A stretch of DNA of 64,000 bases from Asterias rubens (taxonomy: Eukaryota). Below, piece after piece: positions 34,683 through 48,081 of this stretch; positions within the stretch are counted from its first letter, which is position 1; each line of letters opens with the position of its first letter. A model generated the notes under the pieces. It searched no databases. It saw only the letters and a list, made by a program, of their open reading frames with translations, and was not told the origin of the DNA. The translations under genes were made by a program, and so were the position numbers. The DNA is taken from positions 7,006,001-7,070,000 of the forward strand of contig NC_047065.1 of the NCBI RefSeq assembly GCF_902459465.1, in the 5' to 3' direction.

Positions 34683-35712
34683 TTAACCTTTCAAAGGTGC
34701 ACGATGAATCAGAATGTATTATCAACGTTTTGTTATGCAGTGGGCGCTCACGCTTGGCTTTATGACTGCTCTTTTCATACAGTGACTTCACATTGTATTT
34801 AATCATTTTACCTTCTGGGTGCCTAACGCATGAAGGGAACCACAAACGAGAGTAAATGTTATCCAACAAACCTAACCGTGTTTTACACGTCTGACTGGAA
34901 ATAACATTTTAGGTAAGACATGAGTTGCGTTTGTGCAGTGTTCTTGGGGATGAAATTCCAGCGTGTTATGTGCCTGCTGGGTGAATTTCTCTTCTAATTA
35001 TAACAACATCCCACGATGGTTTATGCAGGTGGAAATGTTGAAATCTACAACAGCTTCGTGGTGCATGGACAATGAGGTGAATGCACACTTTATTGATTTC
35101 ATGTTAAACTACGGAGCATCAACTGACCCAGGATTATTCAGCTCGCCTTGATGTAAATATATTAGGCCTGGACCGGTATCGTGTAATATAAATGACATTT
35201 AAACTGGTCAGTTTATAAGATGGGGGTCTAGTTTGGTCAACAATAAAAACCCAAATGGTAGGAGTTTTAAAAACCAAATTCTTCATGATTGACCAACAAT
35301 ACAAAATAATTTTTGCTAGTGAAAGCAATTGAAAACCAGTAATTTGTCAAAAGAAAATCACAAAAAGTGTGAGAGAAAACAGCTTGGTTGCTAACATGGG
35401 GATGTTGAAAGGGGAAGCTATCATTCTAAACTACAAGAACTAGGCAATCAGAGCATTGTTTGCTTATGGTGTAGTCTCATTATAGAAGAAAACCATGGTT
35501 TTACCAACTGTTCATTTACAAACCTCAACATTTTACAAGCATTTCCAAACAATTGATTTTTAACAAAATTGATTATATATAGCATTATTCGTATTCTGCC
35601 TGTCATATAGACACATTTTAAACACATCACAAATAATGAGTAGAAATCTCCATGGTAACACCCTAAAAACCCTACTCGAGGAGCCCGGAAGCATACCTTG
35701 TTCCTGTCTTAA

Positions 35713-36079
35713 AGGGAAAGTACACGCTTGGTTATTGTCAAAGACCAGTCTTCTCACTTGGTGTATCCCATCATGTGCATACAATAACAAGCATGTGAAA
35801 ATGTTGGCCCAATCGGTCTTCGAAGTTGCGAGAAAATGATGAAAGAAAAACACCCCTGTTGGACGAATTTGTGTGCTTTCAGATAGGAATAAAATACTTC
35901 TACTAGAAGTCTTTTATTATTTTAGTGAGAAGTTACCTCTTTCTCAAAAACTACAATACTTCAGAGGGAGTCGTTTCCCACAATGTTTTATATTATCAAC
36001 AGCTTTCCAATGCTTGTTACCAAGTCAGTTTTTAAGTTAATATTTGTTTTGAGTAATTACCAAACGTGTAACTTCCCAT
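35713..36079. mobile_element. Kolobok MITE family E
   Basis: TTAA|AGGGAAAGTACACG ... CGTGTAACTTCCCAT. Confidence 0.87.
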
Positions 36080-36723
36080 TGAGAGGAGACTAGGTTTCTA
36101 ATACCGCCGTTATGCACACCTCCCCCATTGGATGATTATTTTAACAACAACAAAACTTTGCAAGGTAGTCTCCAATCTCAAGCCATGAATTGGCAGTTTT
36201 TAGTACAAAAAAACCTTACTGTCCGGAAATCAAGATTCTTGTGAAAGTTTGTACGCTCCCAAGTCAACTTATACAGTCAATTTAAAAATGCTGTTTTTGA
36301 ATTGTCAAGTTAGCATCGGTTTATATTTGGGCGGTACCTCTAACAGTTGAGATACTAACTTTTCATAAGCTCTGTGTAATAAACATTGATAAAGTATGGG
36401 AATATACAAGCATAACTAATTCATTGATTTAAAAAATAATTTTTTTAATAGAAATCGAGGGGAAATTTATTGACATGAACCAGAAAAATTCCCATCTGCT
36501 GTTTGCCCTTGTATGTGGCTGTCGGGTTGACCCAAACGAAGAAATTATTAACAAGTGTTTATAAAATGGGCTCATATTAAAATCAATAGTGCTATGACCC
36601 TTCGTGGACTTTATTCGAAGAAGCCGACGATGGTGCTGTAAGGTTTAATCTAACCATATTGCAACCACGGTGGTCAAACTACTTACAACGCCACAACTAC
36701 ACGAGTTGTGCATTGTGTGATTA

Positions 36724-37000
36724 AGGCACTGGACACTATAGGTAATAACCCAAAACATTTGTTTTAAGCACAAAAACTGACGTGATCGGGCAATGGAGGG
36801 CTGCTGGTAGTATAACAAATTGTGAGATGAAGCCTTTTATTACCGGTTGATCTCAAAGCACATGAATTTGTGCATCAAGGGTGTGTTTCCTTTCATTATT
36901 CTTCTGCAACTTCGATGAAAAATTTAGTACAATTTTTCACAGATTTGATGCATAATTATCTTTGGAAACACCAAGTGAGAATACTAAATGAGTATAGTGC
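36724..37000. mobile_element. Degenerate A/E-type MITE
   Basis: ttaaggcactggacactat start; collinear but deleted body. Confidence 0.7.
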
Positions 37001-38199
37001 TTAAGTATTAGAAAAGACCCTCGTGTTTATTAAATACACAAGCCCCATGAAAGACTAAGGGAATCAATGTGTGGTGAAGAGGTTTTCAACTATAGTGGTT
37101 TAAACCCAACGAGGCCTGGTTCTTGATAATTTTACCGAGACGAATGATTTCTTTCAACACAACACCCCTCCAGCTCTGAAATGGAAAGGCCCTCCGCCGC
37201 CCTCGGGTAAACAACTCCTTAAAAGGGAATGCTGTGCACGTCGCGCGTATTGCGTGATGTGGCACAACTGTTCCAGCCGTTGCTCTCGACCAATAGGAAT
37301 GAAGAAACTGTTGTTGAAGCACAGGTGGCAGCTCACGTGTCACGTCCATGTTTCAACACTTTTTACTGATCATAAACAAAGGTTTATACACACCCACGTG
37401 ACGCGCTCTCCACCAATATGAATAGCGAAACTGTCTGAGGTATTTATGAATACATTGTAGATTATAATTGTTTTCCTACTGTTTACTGTGACTTGGTTTA
37501 AACGGAAGTTTTACAAATGTTGCCCCATATTATATGCAACTAATTTTGCTATAAGTTATTACTTGTTTTGCTATTTATAAACTGAAAGCTGGCGATAGTT
37601 TGGGGAAATGGGATGTTCAAACATAACACGTAACTTTTGATCCACCATCACAGTCTCTTATACATTGCACCGATCTGGGCAAGCAAATGCTCGAACATTA
37701 TAAAGCCATGTGAGATAAATCATTCGTTTGCACAAGCAAGAATTGTGCCCCTTTGAGGATAAATTGGCTCGAGACAAAAACTTAATTTTAAATACCCATG
37801 CTCGATCACGCCTTCTCAAGGACCCAGAATATATTTATTTTTAATTTAAAACGAAAAGCAGCTTCAATATTGTTGGACCCATGATTTCGTCGCATTGCTG
37901 TGATCGGTTAAATCCAGATCGGCGTCTGCTTGGTCAATACGGAGCGTTTTGAGAGGGGGCATGTTTTGACGAGGTTGCTGCTTTTGCTGCTCGGTCCAAT
38001 AATCCACCTCAAAGTATCGAACTTTTGGGAACCTAAAGTGACACTGGAAAACATGCATTTCAAATACTTTCTTTATACATTATATAAACTTTAAACATAT
38101 TATTTAGCATGCGCTGTATTATATCCGTTTCATGGCTTCAACCAAAAGTGTATGTCATCATAAGTACAATACTCTGCAATTCATACAATATTTTGTTAA

Positions 38200-38580
38200 A
38201 GGAACGTTACATAATTGGTAAGAAACAAAAATTGTGAAGATCACAGATTTACATAAAACTTACACGGTCTAACGATGATGATAGTAGAAAACATCCCTTG
38301 AAATATATCTGTCTGAAATTTCATTTTTGAAAAATAAAATAGATAATCTATTTTCGCGTTTTGAGTTTATCGCTCAGTGAGCGTTCATTTCATTTTTGTT
38401 TTATGGCATCGATGCAATGCAAAGTTGGAATCCGTTTTTCACTATTCTCTCGTGACCCAGATGGCCGATCGATCTCAAACTTCTACAGGTTTGTCAGTTA
38501 ATGTATGTTGGGGATTACATAGAGTGCTTACACTGCCAGCAATATTTGTTTGCTTGCAAATACACTTCTGTAGTGTTCCT
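38200..38580. mobile_element. Kolobok-like MITE family G (381 bp)
   Basis: TTAA|AGGAACGTTACA ... TGTAGTGTTCCT|TTAT. Confidence 0.85.
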
Positions 38581-39552
38581 TTATTAAGTTTATATCCCAC
38601 AGACTAAAAAAGTATTGGAAATATTATTGTGTGAATTTGCGCAGTCAGAGATACGAAATTTCACATAAATTTAATATCATCACCGCCATAACTCGACAGT
38701 AAGCAATCCCAGTCCGGAAGTATATTACAAGGATCCAAGCGTATCAAATGCACAGCCAGACGTATCAAATCCCGATGGTGATATCTGTAAGTGCCCCAGC
38801 CTTCAAAACGTGACCTCAACGTTAGAGTAGAGAGGATGGGCCTTCAGACAAGCGATCAAAATACTGTCACTTACGTAGAGGCAGTTCAACTTTATACATG
38901 AATCCTTCTGATACTCTGATACACTGGGCCCCTGTCTTGATCAATAATCATAAAGACAGGTCCCTATATGCCGCTAGATCAAGATAGATGTCCGAACAAT
39001 CACTGCCGTCACGTCCGCAAAAGAATTTGACTGCGTAGCTCTACGTGAAATGACTGAGGTCAAAGGTGATTCCACACGCCGGTTTTAGAGGCGGGTCTCT
39101 AGCGTTATTCACGAGGCTCGAAGTGTGACGTCGGATGTTAAGGCTAAAAAAAAATTAATGGCTCACCAAAGATCACCACGGAGGGTCATACCAGCAGTCA
39201 ATTAAACTGTGAACGACTCATTTCAAAAAGTGGTGAAGTTTTTGAGACATCACTGAAAATCTAGAGCACTTAAGTCCACGCAAGAAGAATAGTCAAAATT
39301 TGGAATCGAAGTCTGATGTTTCATGCAGCAATGTTTCTTAAATTGAAGTTATTTTGGATCCCTTTCTATACAACCACATTCCTTAATACAAGGGAATCTT
39401 TTTATCAAAATGTTAAACATTATGCACAGCTGCAGTGCTTTATACCAAGTAAGTTTTCTTTTTGGTTACATTTGGGGGTAAATTACCTAGCGTATATTCC
39501 GTGCCCTACCAGCGAATACAATCTAAATATCTGCCGATGGTACTTCACTTCA

Positions 39553-39855
39553 AGGACCCTGGACACTATTGGTAAGTTTCAAAGACAAGTCTTCTCACAC
39601 GGTGTATCTCGATATGCGTAAAATAACAAATCTGTGAAATTTTGAGCTTAATTGGGTCGTCGAAGTTGCGAGATAATAACGAGAGAAAAAACACCCTTGT
39701 CACACGAAGTTGTGTGCTTTCAGATGCTTGATTTCGAGACCTTAACGGGAGCCGTTTCTCACAATGTTTATAATTTCAACCTCTCCCTAATACTCGTTAC
39801 CAAGTGAGTTTTTTTTGTTTACTATTCAGAGTACTAACCATAGTGTCCACTGCCT
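39553..39855. mobile_element. Family A MITE deleted at the hairpin
   Basis: Junction gatttcgagacctt|aacgggagcc; right TIR and TTAA intact. Confidence 0.85.
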
Positions 39856-41619
39856 TTAAACAAGCTATTTCCGATCATTACACACTTTGCTAGCTTTTAC
39901 AGAGTTTACAACACGGAACAAATGGAACAAAACTTGTCTCGTCTTGAAGCTCAATATGAGCATTTTTGGTGTTTTGTTTTACGAAATCACATTAAATGCA
40001 TAAATCTTTGTTCACAATCCCCTACTTTGAAAGATTTGTACTTTCTTCATGAGATTAAGTTGTAAGGATTCCTCAGCCATCAACTTATAATAATACTTGT
40101 TTCTTTAAGACATCTAAAGCATCTACAACGACAGACAAGGACAAAGAAAATCACAATTCCATGCCGTCCAAGAACACAATCAAAGTTCAGCTCAGCTTTT
40201 ACCTTGATGATCAAGACAAGTAGAATGGCAATGAGTGTTATTTTCAACACCCAAGAGATTCAAAAAATAACCTTTAGTAAAACCTCAAGCCTTTCTCTGA
40301 CAGGATTATTTATTTCATAGCAGGCTTGTCCTTTTACCGGGACAGGGACACTCCATCATTTCAAGGACAAAGTATTTCCCGGAAGAGTGATAAATAGACA
40401 AACACAACAACAACGCACTCTCAACAATGCATCCTTGTGGAGCATATTTTCGTTCTTTTCTTTGTCCCTGCAGTTAAAATTTCCCCATAGACTTTTGTAA
40501 ACAAACAAAATTCTGTGTGGAGCTCTCCAGTCTCCAGCATTCCCAGGTGGGTCCCTTTGTTGTCCCCTCTTGGTTTGTCGTTGATGTCCATATAAAGGTT
40601 CCGAAAGCGAAGAAATATCTACCACAAGCTATTTCAACATAGTGTTTAACAAATTGAACGTTACACAGTTTCTTATATTATTACAGCATTATTTCTATTT
40701 GATTTTAAAGTCACCCAATAGTGCACACTAATCTACATTGTCAACGTTTTTCTCTAAAAATTACCAGTACGGTCGATTTAACCATTTTTCCAGAATTAGA
40801 TGCAATACATTGTGTTGCACATGATGCAATAAACACACCAACACTCACCCCGATGTTTCTTCTTGAAAATGAACCACAGAACTTCAGTTCAACAAAAGAC
40901 AAATATAATGACACATACTGATGTAGATCCCTGTCAAAGGATTCCGAAATGGTACTTAAACCAAAATGTTAGCGAGAAAACAAAACGCCTGTCACTTGCA
41001 GATGTGTTCTAACGAGGTTTGTTCTCTTCAAGGTTGCCTCTTAAGTATACAAAGTAAGTACAAACCTCGAATTTTACGCTGCCATTGTCGTGGTACCTGT
41101 TAACGTGTTTTCAGCTTGTCGATGTAGCCATTCATGTGGCATAACAAGGCCTAAGCTAATTATTCAGTCACAATGTGTAAAAACAATCCCTTGAACTTGC
41201 AAAAATGTTCACAGATTATTTTATTCACTTGTTTGGAGCGCCAAGTGAGAATTATGGTCTTTGACAATTACCATAGGTGTCCAGTGCCTTTAGTCTTAGG
41301 ATCCATTGCTGCCCCCGCCCCAACCCAGAATCGTCTTAAAATTACATCCCCCACAGCTGTCTACAACCTCGTGCCGAGGGTTCAAATTAAGACACCTTTG
41401 GGTGTTGATGGCGGACAGGTGGAAATAACGACAGTTGCTACGGGGAATATGACGGTGTTTAACATGGGGAAGAAACACGGGAATACTGATCATTGGTAAG
41501 TGTAATTGTAAAGCTGACAAGTGGATGGGGGACAGGGAAGGTTGCCTAAACAGTGGGAATGAATATTCAATAAAAGGTTGACAATTACAGAGGTTGACAA
41601 TAACCGGGCTAGTAATGGT

Positions 41620-41845
41620 GTTTGAAGCTTTGCATTGTGTGGAGAATAACAGTAACTATAAATATAAATATGATCAGTAAACTTGCGGGTACAACCATGG
41701 GTAAAATCTCTTTTGAAGGAGTGGTGGCTCTGAAAAGAAACGTTTTTGTCTTGACTTTTCGAACAGCATCCTCTGCTTGTCTTCGGGAGAATGACGAGCA
41801 AAGTATACTGTTCGAAACGTCGAGACCAAACTGGCTCTTTTCAGT
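41620..41845. mobile_element. Penelope-like end with a divergent inverted pair of degenerate minimal hammerheads (41748-41789 minus, 41790-41826 plus); body related to 58350-58470
   Basis: Inverted arms ctgaaaag...gtcttgacttttcgaacagcatcctctgct / agcaaagtatactgttcgaaacgtcgagacc...cttttcag. Confidence 0.65.
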
Positions 41846-42710
41846 AACTTGCCTGCCAGACTAGCCAAAGAATGTACAATGTCACACTTATTGTGAAAGT
41901 TCACATGGTCTGTAGATTACAAATTAATAAACAAAATGAGAAGTTGGGAAGATTGGGACGAATTGCCATCGCTGACATAATGATGCTGAATGAGATCACG
42001 ACAAAAATTAAAAATGACAGTGTTTATGAGGACGATGGTCAATGTGACGACGACAAATTTAAAGAACACTAAGGAAACAAGACAGGATTTATTTGTTATC
42101 TGTATTTTATGAAACGAAAGAATTTAAATATTGTGAAAGACAGACTCATAAGGAAGACACCGAACGAAGTTTGAGTCTTCCTAGATGTATGGGATGGGAA
42201 TTCAGATTGTGATAACTTCCATAATCGGTTTGCTCTGAACACATATTCCCCCTTCTTCATGCACACTCTCTATAGACTCAACAGTGTTTAAGCCTTCCGG
42301 GTGCAACATAGGTGAGGCAGGCATAGTCATTATGTCAAGCTACACGGAAATCAGCTTTCATGCATTTCTTGCCGATCTTCACGGTGGTTTTGAGCATTTG
42401 CTATCCACCCGCGGCATGTTAATTATTGTTCCGTCTCCAAGCATTCAGACGCTGTACGTGACCAACGCAGCAAATGTACACATTTCTGTACGTGACAATA
42501 GCCGGATAAACGTTTCCTAGTTCCAGAGACTCCGCAATAATTCCACAAAAATAGGAACAATTTCAGAATGCACTTCATAAGGTTAAATACCTGGAAGACA
42601 TGCCGTAGATCCCTTTATTGACAACTGGAGGATTATTTTGAAAGTTGTTCGGCTAGTCAATGCATGCATGAAACACTATAACCATTGCTTATTGACAAGA
42701 ACTGATCTAG

Positions 42711-42997
42711 GGGTGGATTTTACAAAGAGTTAAGAGCAGTCTTATCTCAGAGTTAGGACGAATTAAGGCCGAGTCACACTGCAGCGATAGTGAAAACGAT
42801 AACTGCGTATTCTGCGTAGGCCAAATCAACCAATAGAATGCGTTCTCTTTGCGTCGTAACCGTTATCGTTTTCGTTATCGCTGCAGTGTGACTCGGCCGT
42901 TACTCGTCCTAAACTTACCACCAGCTTTAAGTTTTTAATATCTTACAGGACTAGGTATTCCTAAATTAAGACTAGTATCTCTTTGTGAGATCGACCC
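42711..42997. mobile_element. Harbinger-like MITE (family H-related) hosting a hairpin MITE
   Basis: gggtggattttacaaagag ... ctctttgtgagatcgaccc. Confidence 0.75.
42766..42899. mobile_element. 134-bp foldback MITE, TTA TSD, 38-bp TIR
   Basis: TTA|AGGCCGAGTCACACTGCAGCGATA ... TATCGCTGCAGTGTGACTCGGCCG|TTA. Confidence 0.88.
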
Positions 42998-44965
42998 AAG
43001 GATTCTTCGTCAAATTGGGCAGATAGGCTTATGCAGAGGGAAGAGTAATGATGTTTGGACTATGGGCACGCATAATGGACACGCACAAACTCCTCTCTTG
43101 AAAATACACACAAAACATAACGTTATTACATTCCCCAAAAGACACTTTGAATGTCTAATGTCTAATGCCGTGCAATTTTGTCCACGACTGAACATAAATG
43201 CAAATTATTGTTCATTTCTCTTAATAAACCTACACAACTCTTCGGCAATAAGTTTCCTCTTCTCACAATATTACACTCCAAAATATGTTGCAGAGTAATG
43301 CTTTAATTTACCAATAGATGCTGTCACATTACAGGTACAATTTATTTAAAACTAAAACCATAGAATGTTTTTAAAACAATCTGCAAAACAAATTAGTGTT
43401 ATTGTTTGCATTTTTTGCAGAGTAGCTTCTTAACTTAGGCGAATTCGTGTGCTTGGCTGTATCACCTCGACCCTAACGCACAACGGCTATTTCAGACGCC
43501 GTTGATTCGTTCCCGCGTACGACCGAAGCACAATATTTGCCAATTGACAAACTGCCAACATTTTGATCGATGTGTCACAAATTAAATTTATCGCTAAGGA
43601 CGTTCGGTCAGCTGCCTCTTTCTAATCCAATGAACAGAGCAGAGAGAAATCTAAAAAGGTCACAAGAAAATGAAGTCAAATTGACACCGGCAATGAATAC
43701 AGAGTGACAAGTTGTCCCTTTTGTTAATTGTACTGGATCGTCTTCTAAATTAACCTACAAGGTATTTTGTTACAGACACCTAAGCTTGTTAAACGCACTG
43801 TCTCTTTTCACGAAGCAACGACACTTATAGTGCATTCCTGAATTGTGTTGGCAAGCTTACTGATACTCTACACCACCATCCTAATTGGCAAGAGCCATAG
43901 GGGGGAAGAGGAGCCAGAAATTGTACAGTTGTCACGGGCAATGACTTACTAAACACGCACACAATCACACTCCTGGTTAAGTTGAGTGGTGGATCGTGTT
44001 TCTACAAATGTTAAAAACAAAGTTCAAACATCTTTCGGTGAAAAACGGTGCGCGGGTTGTCTCATTACACCCGGTGGTCCACTTCGCTGTTCGGGGACAA
44101 TATGCCGCAACTTTGGAAGCTACAAATCAACAAATTGCTTTTGCTTGCCAACGTCAAACAACCAAAGAAACTGGTTTGTGAAGGTGTTCATCTTACTGAT
44201 GTCGGTTTGATACACTTTTTATTTGAAATGAGATATCTTAGATGTTACATTTGCATCAGGGATAAAGAATATTCATTTTGGTTTTGACCTATATACACCG
44301 ATGTGTCTTTAATAGCACTGTATATACTCAGTAATTTCCTTGAAACGTGATATCTTTGCAACTACACAAGACAGTATAAAAGCTGCGCGCTTTTGCAAAG
44401 GCGGAGCTTATCCGCCCGCTATGTAAAGCACAGCATGATGAAGTTCCCAGGTTTCTTGGCTTATATAAGGTAAGTAAACCCTAGTTAACCTACTACCATA
44501 GTGCAAGAGGTCCTTAGACTTGAGCAACTTTTATCAAATAAATTCTACAGAAAGCGATTTTGTAAGACGAAATAATTCTCCCTCGAAATGTCAGCAGGTG
44601 TTCGCAACTGCTCTGGTTGGATCCACATTGACACTATTTGAATAAATTGAACTAGTTTTTATGGTTTATTTTTATGCAGCTTCCAGTACTCGGGTCAGAG
44701 TACCTTAAGTTGAACAAAACAGCCTCCTCGGAATTCTGAGGAAGGATCAAGCTTTTAAACAGTTTATTCGTCACTCAAAACACGTTATCTTTGCAAACCT
44801 CAAACGCCCTGGGCCCGTGTAACAACATTTCCTTTCCATTATCACGTTTTAAAACGATCACCTGTCTCTGAGAGCTGAAGTCTTGCTCAGTGGTCATCGT
44901 GGTTGCAAGTGAAACACGACAGCACAGTGTCCTTATCAGCTATATTGTATGAGACTTTTCCTTAA

Positions 44966-45301
44966 AGGTACTGGACACCTGTTATCAAATACTAGTATTC
45001 TCACTTGGTGTATCCCAACATATGCATGAAATAACAAATAGAAGTTTTGACTCAATTCGTCATCAAAGTTGCATGAGAAAAATGAAGGGAAAAAACAAAA
45101 ACTAAACTTGTTGAACAAATTTTGTGTGGTTTCAGATTGGTCAAAAGGGCTTAAAGCCTGAAGTTATTTTAGTGTGAGAAATAACCTCTTTTTTAAAAAC
45201 TTCGTTAGTTCAGAGTTTGATACTATCAGCGCAGCTAAATCACCAAGTAAACCTTTATTCCTAAACCATCATTTTGAGTGATGACAAAAGTGTTCAGTAC
45301 T
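44966..45301. mobile_element. Family E MITE, degenerate
   Basis: TTAA|AGGTACTGGACAC ... GTGTTCAGTACT|TTTT. Confidence 0.75.
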
Positions 45302-45360
45302 TTTTAGTTTCAGACGATCACCAGTCTAGGAGAGGTAAAAGTCTTGAGCAGTGTCCTTAA

Positions 45361-45598
45361 AGGCACTGGACACCTTGGGTAATTGTCAAAAAGGCCAGTC
45401 TTCTCACTTCGTGTACCTCAACATATGCATAAAATAACAAACCTGTGAAAATTTGAGCTAAATTATTCTACGAAGTTGTTACTTCAGAGGGAGCCGTTTC
45501 TCACAAAGTTTTATACTTCATAAACAGTCTCCCCATTACTCGTTACCAGGTAAGGTTTTATGCTGATAATTGTATTGGGTAATAAGAGTCCAGTGCCT
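45361..45598. mobile_element. Family A MITE, internally deleted
   Basis: TTAA|AGGCACTGGACAC ... GTCCAGTGCCT|TTAA. Confidence 0.85.
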
Positions 45599-46239
45599 TT
45601 AACAGCCATCGATAAAAGTGATCGTATTCGTGTAGTCTAGAATTCCCGCCAAAACCACCTTGAGAAGTCGCTGTGGCTGATCTGCTCTGTCTTTGCAGTT
45701 GATTACATCAATTGGAAACAAGATTCAGATCTTAAACCGTGAGAGCTCCAACATGACAACCGGAGCTAATCTCGTTGTTTTCTCCAGACCAGCATCAATT
45801 CGTTGTCCGTTTTCGTCCGCCGATAATAACTAAATTTAAAGAAGGAAAGCTGTCGAGGGTGTTTGACACAAATTTAATCACGCCAGGATTCAGATGACAA
45901 CTTGTGTACAGGCCAGCAGAAACTACGACCTTTAGTAGTGGCTGCCACAGTCAGTACAAGTTTGGTTTTCATATGACGGGACCAGACTATTTTTGTTTCT
46001 TCCATATCGGTTCATAAACAACGACCTTATTGTTGGCCAATAATGTCGTGCGACTATTTTTCGCTTTCGGTAACACAGTTTTGGCATAAGCTTGGTTTTC
46101 ATAATGAAGGTACCAGACTATTTTGTTTCCTCGTCTCTTCTTGGTTCAATGCGTTAAACAAAAAACAGGTTAGCCATGCGGTATCATTTCAGCAATCCGA
46201 ACCAAGTCTTTCTCTTACTCTTTTTATCCCTTAGTCTCA

Positions 46240-46407
46240 CATTTGACTCCACGACGTGTATAAAGGAAACCATGCAACTTCGAGCTATATTTGTGTGGAT
46301 CATTATATTCTATTTTAAACCATCTTTCCAGCCATATGCATTTTACAGCAAACGGTTACAAAAGCTTTTCATAGACCAACTCGCCCGATCCAAGGCATTG
46401 TGTCTCT
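46240..46407. mobile_element. Right half of a family B MITE
   Basis: gaccaactcgcccgatccaaggcattgtgtctct|TTAA. Confidence 0.8.
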
Positions 46408-48003
46408 TTAACAGAAACTACAATAAATGAAAACCTTCCCTTTCTCTCAAGTTCAATTTAACCAACTTCATATGCCCCCGTTGCCATAGTGCAAGAGCCT
46501 CCCATTATTGACCCATCCTGTTCAAGTATTCAAGTCTTCACTTACACTGGCTTCATGTATTGAGTGCCACGTTGCCCATGGGGCGGTTGCTGGTACAGCT
46601 TGATCTAAGCACAAACAACAGACCTCTTAAAATACGATTGCATCTTGCAATAAAGATACACAATTCCTTTGGTTTTATACTTGGTGCGCGGGCTTTGAGT
46701 GACACACTTAATTATAATGGTGTTAATTTATTGTATTGATAAACGGACTGCTTTGCATCTCTAACAACTTCATAACTAACTTGGTGGGGGGGGGGGGTCA
46801 CGTCATAATTCGACTCGGGGAAGCTAAACGAACGCGCCATATGTTTTACGTGGGGATAAACGGGCAATGACGTAAGCTTACCATGTGCTTTGATTGGTTT
46901 CAGTTGATCTTTCGGTTGTATGCATGCAGCAGTATGCAGTGTGTATGTGTGATCAATGTAGGTGAAAGGTGATTATGGACTGGGATTGACGTAACGCCTA
47001 AACACGGATCTCTGGCGTACTTCACGAAGTTCGAAGTGTTACATCCGATGTTCAGACTACGTCTCTACTTTTAGGGCAATGTTTTAGGGCAATGCAGACG
47101 AGGTTGTCTGTACGTATAGCATTAACCCCCCCCCCCCTCCCCGCGGCTTTTTCAACAGCATCAGCGGCACTTTAATGTCTCGCCATTGGTCGATCGATGG
47201 CTACAGCCTAAGACGATCATCTGGTTCAACCAATGAGGCCGTCTTAATTTGTCATCCACACGTCCGCACAAACACCTGGGGCTATAGCTACGTGATCTGC
47301 AACATTCAAATAATTGCTTAGTACATGAAATAATTGCTTTAACTTTGACTGGTACAAAAAATGGCTGCAAGTCAAAATACCTAGTCATGGACACCCCTCG
47401 TGACTGGTCAAACTATTATTGTAAATAAATTGAAGGGTTCGGATGGTATACCTTTGGCTAGTTCCTTTAAATAAAATAAAATTACCTGGTAAGAAGCGCT
47501 TCCCTTCAGAGAAATGGATTGTGAAAATGTTACTTCTGAGGATCATTTCAGTGATTGTGTATTCCAAATAAGGACTTCTCATTATGCGTGGATACAAGCG
47601 ATCGAGAGTTTCGGCGATATCTCGAAAGCGCTACAACTTTTTTGAAATAAAATTTGCACGGATTGGTATTGTATTTAAGCTATCTACATTTTCAAACACC
47701 AAAGGTGTTTTCCTTTAATACGACCTTTTTATATGGCTGTGTGTATTTAGCTATCCCGGCAGAGTAACAGACCCAGAGGGGTAAGTTCTCAATCGGTCAC
47801 TCGTTCTCTCCTTTCCTTTTCAGGAACTTTCTTATCGATGTGCAGTAGATTTATACCGATGCCGTGCCGTGCGTTGGTCTGCAGGTGTCTCTTCTAGTGT
47901 ATGGGTACTTTACGTTTGATTGGTTTTGTTGTAACGTCATCGTCCGGAACATTGATCTAGCCAACCATGGTCTTGCGTTCTAATAACATCGAAAGAGCGG
48001 CCT

Positions 48004-48081
48004 AAGTCCGGGCTACATTTAGGTACATGTTTGGGGCTACATTAAGGTCCGGGCTAAATTAAGGTTCATGGTTGGTGCCGC
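48004..48081. repeat. Short copy of the gggctacatttagg mobile minisatellite ending ggtgccgcac
   Basis: Reverse complement of the 20704-20878 unit. Confidence 0.8.

Noticed and set aside
37864-38058. ORF FEVDYWTEQQKQQPRQ... as an exon
   Set aside because: No recognisable homology and no supporting partner exons.
41295-41496. Plus-strand exon with a GTAAGT donor
   Set aside because: The acceptor abuts a MITE end and the peptide is unrecognisable.
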